Positions 63,411 through 64,000 of a stretch of DNA of 64,000 nt are shown here, one piece after another. Position numbers and translations under genes: made by a program. This stretch comes from Ginglymostoma cirratum (taxonomy: Eukaryota): assembly GCA_024137785.1 (NCBI GenBank), contig JAHRHZ010000087.1:5751818-5815817 (forward strand), written 5' to 3'. The first letter of the stretch is position 1. Each line of letters begins with the position of its first letter. A model generated the notes under the pieces. The model saw nothing but the letters and a program-made list of their open reading frames with translations, did not search any database and was not told the DNA's origin.

Positions 63411-64000
63411 TTGATGTAGTAAGGTAAATAATCCTGCCATCCAGACTACATGGTAATACATCTTCTACAATTAGTGTGTGATTAGCCATTTAGCTATCTA
63501 AAATACCCATTTTAAAATCAATCCATAGTGTTAAACATTTTTGATAATTTTCATAATTTGACAAGGGTGAACAGATAGACCTAATAAGCCAGCTTTTTAA
63601 AACCATTATTGAAATTCAAAGGGGAAGAGTAAATTTATGAATGTACTCTCTCAAAGCAGAACCTTGGCAGTCAGAAACAAACTACAGCAATTCATCATGT
63701 GGTGATCACCAAGTAGTATTAGTTATGGGTCACGATTAATTTATTTTTCCCCACCTAAAGAACATAATCCTGCTCTGTTTTGGATCACATCTTTGTTGCA
63801 AATCATATAATTGTCATACCTTGATTTTAGTTTTTCACCCCTCGAATCCAATGCAGCTGGACAACAAAGGAGAACATTTGGAGGGCAATAGATGGTTAAC
63901 TGTGTCACAGGCTAGATGGTTGAGAAAATAAGGAAGGATGGTGTACCACAGACACAGCCACGAAGATGTCATTTATGGTTTTTATTAGGGCAAACATGTT

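Overview
This is vertebrate genomic DNA, most likely from a shark: the repeats resemble elasmobranch HE1-type SINEs, CR1 LINEs, Deu-type SINEs and Penelope-like elements. Almost the whole window appears to be one large + strand intron of a peroxidasin gene (PXDN or PXDNL). The only host exon I can support is a 72-bp leucine-rich-repeat exon at 62158-62229. The rest is decayed retroelements, often nested, plus a minisatellite, a (GT)n tract and three 400-N placeholder gaps. The most notable structure is a set of about five families of short Penelope-like (PLE) 3' fragments. Most carry a minimal hammerhead-ribozyme motif, with compensatory stem changes between families. Many have 8-16 bp target-site duplications (TSDs), and six form inverted pairs in which one arm lacks a ~31-40 nt tail bracketed by short direct repeats. 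Repeat family names come from recognition by eye, not database searches, and boundaries of old repeats are approximate. None of the supplied ORFs is a credible intact gene.
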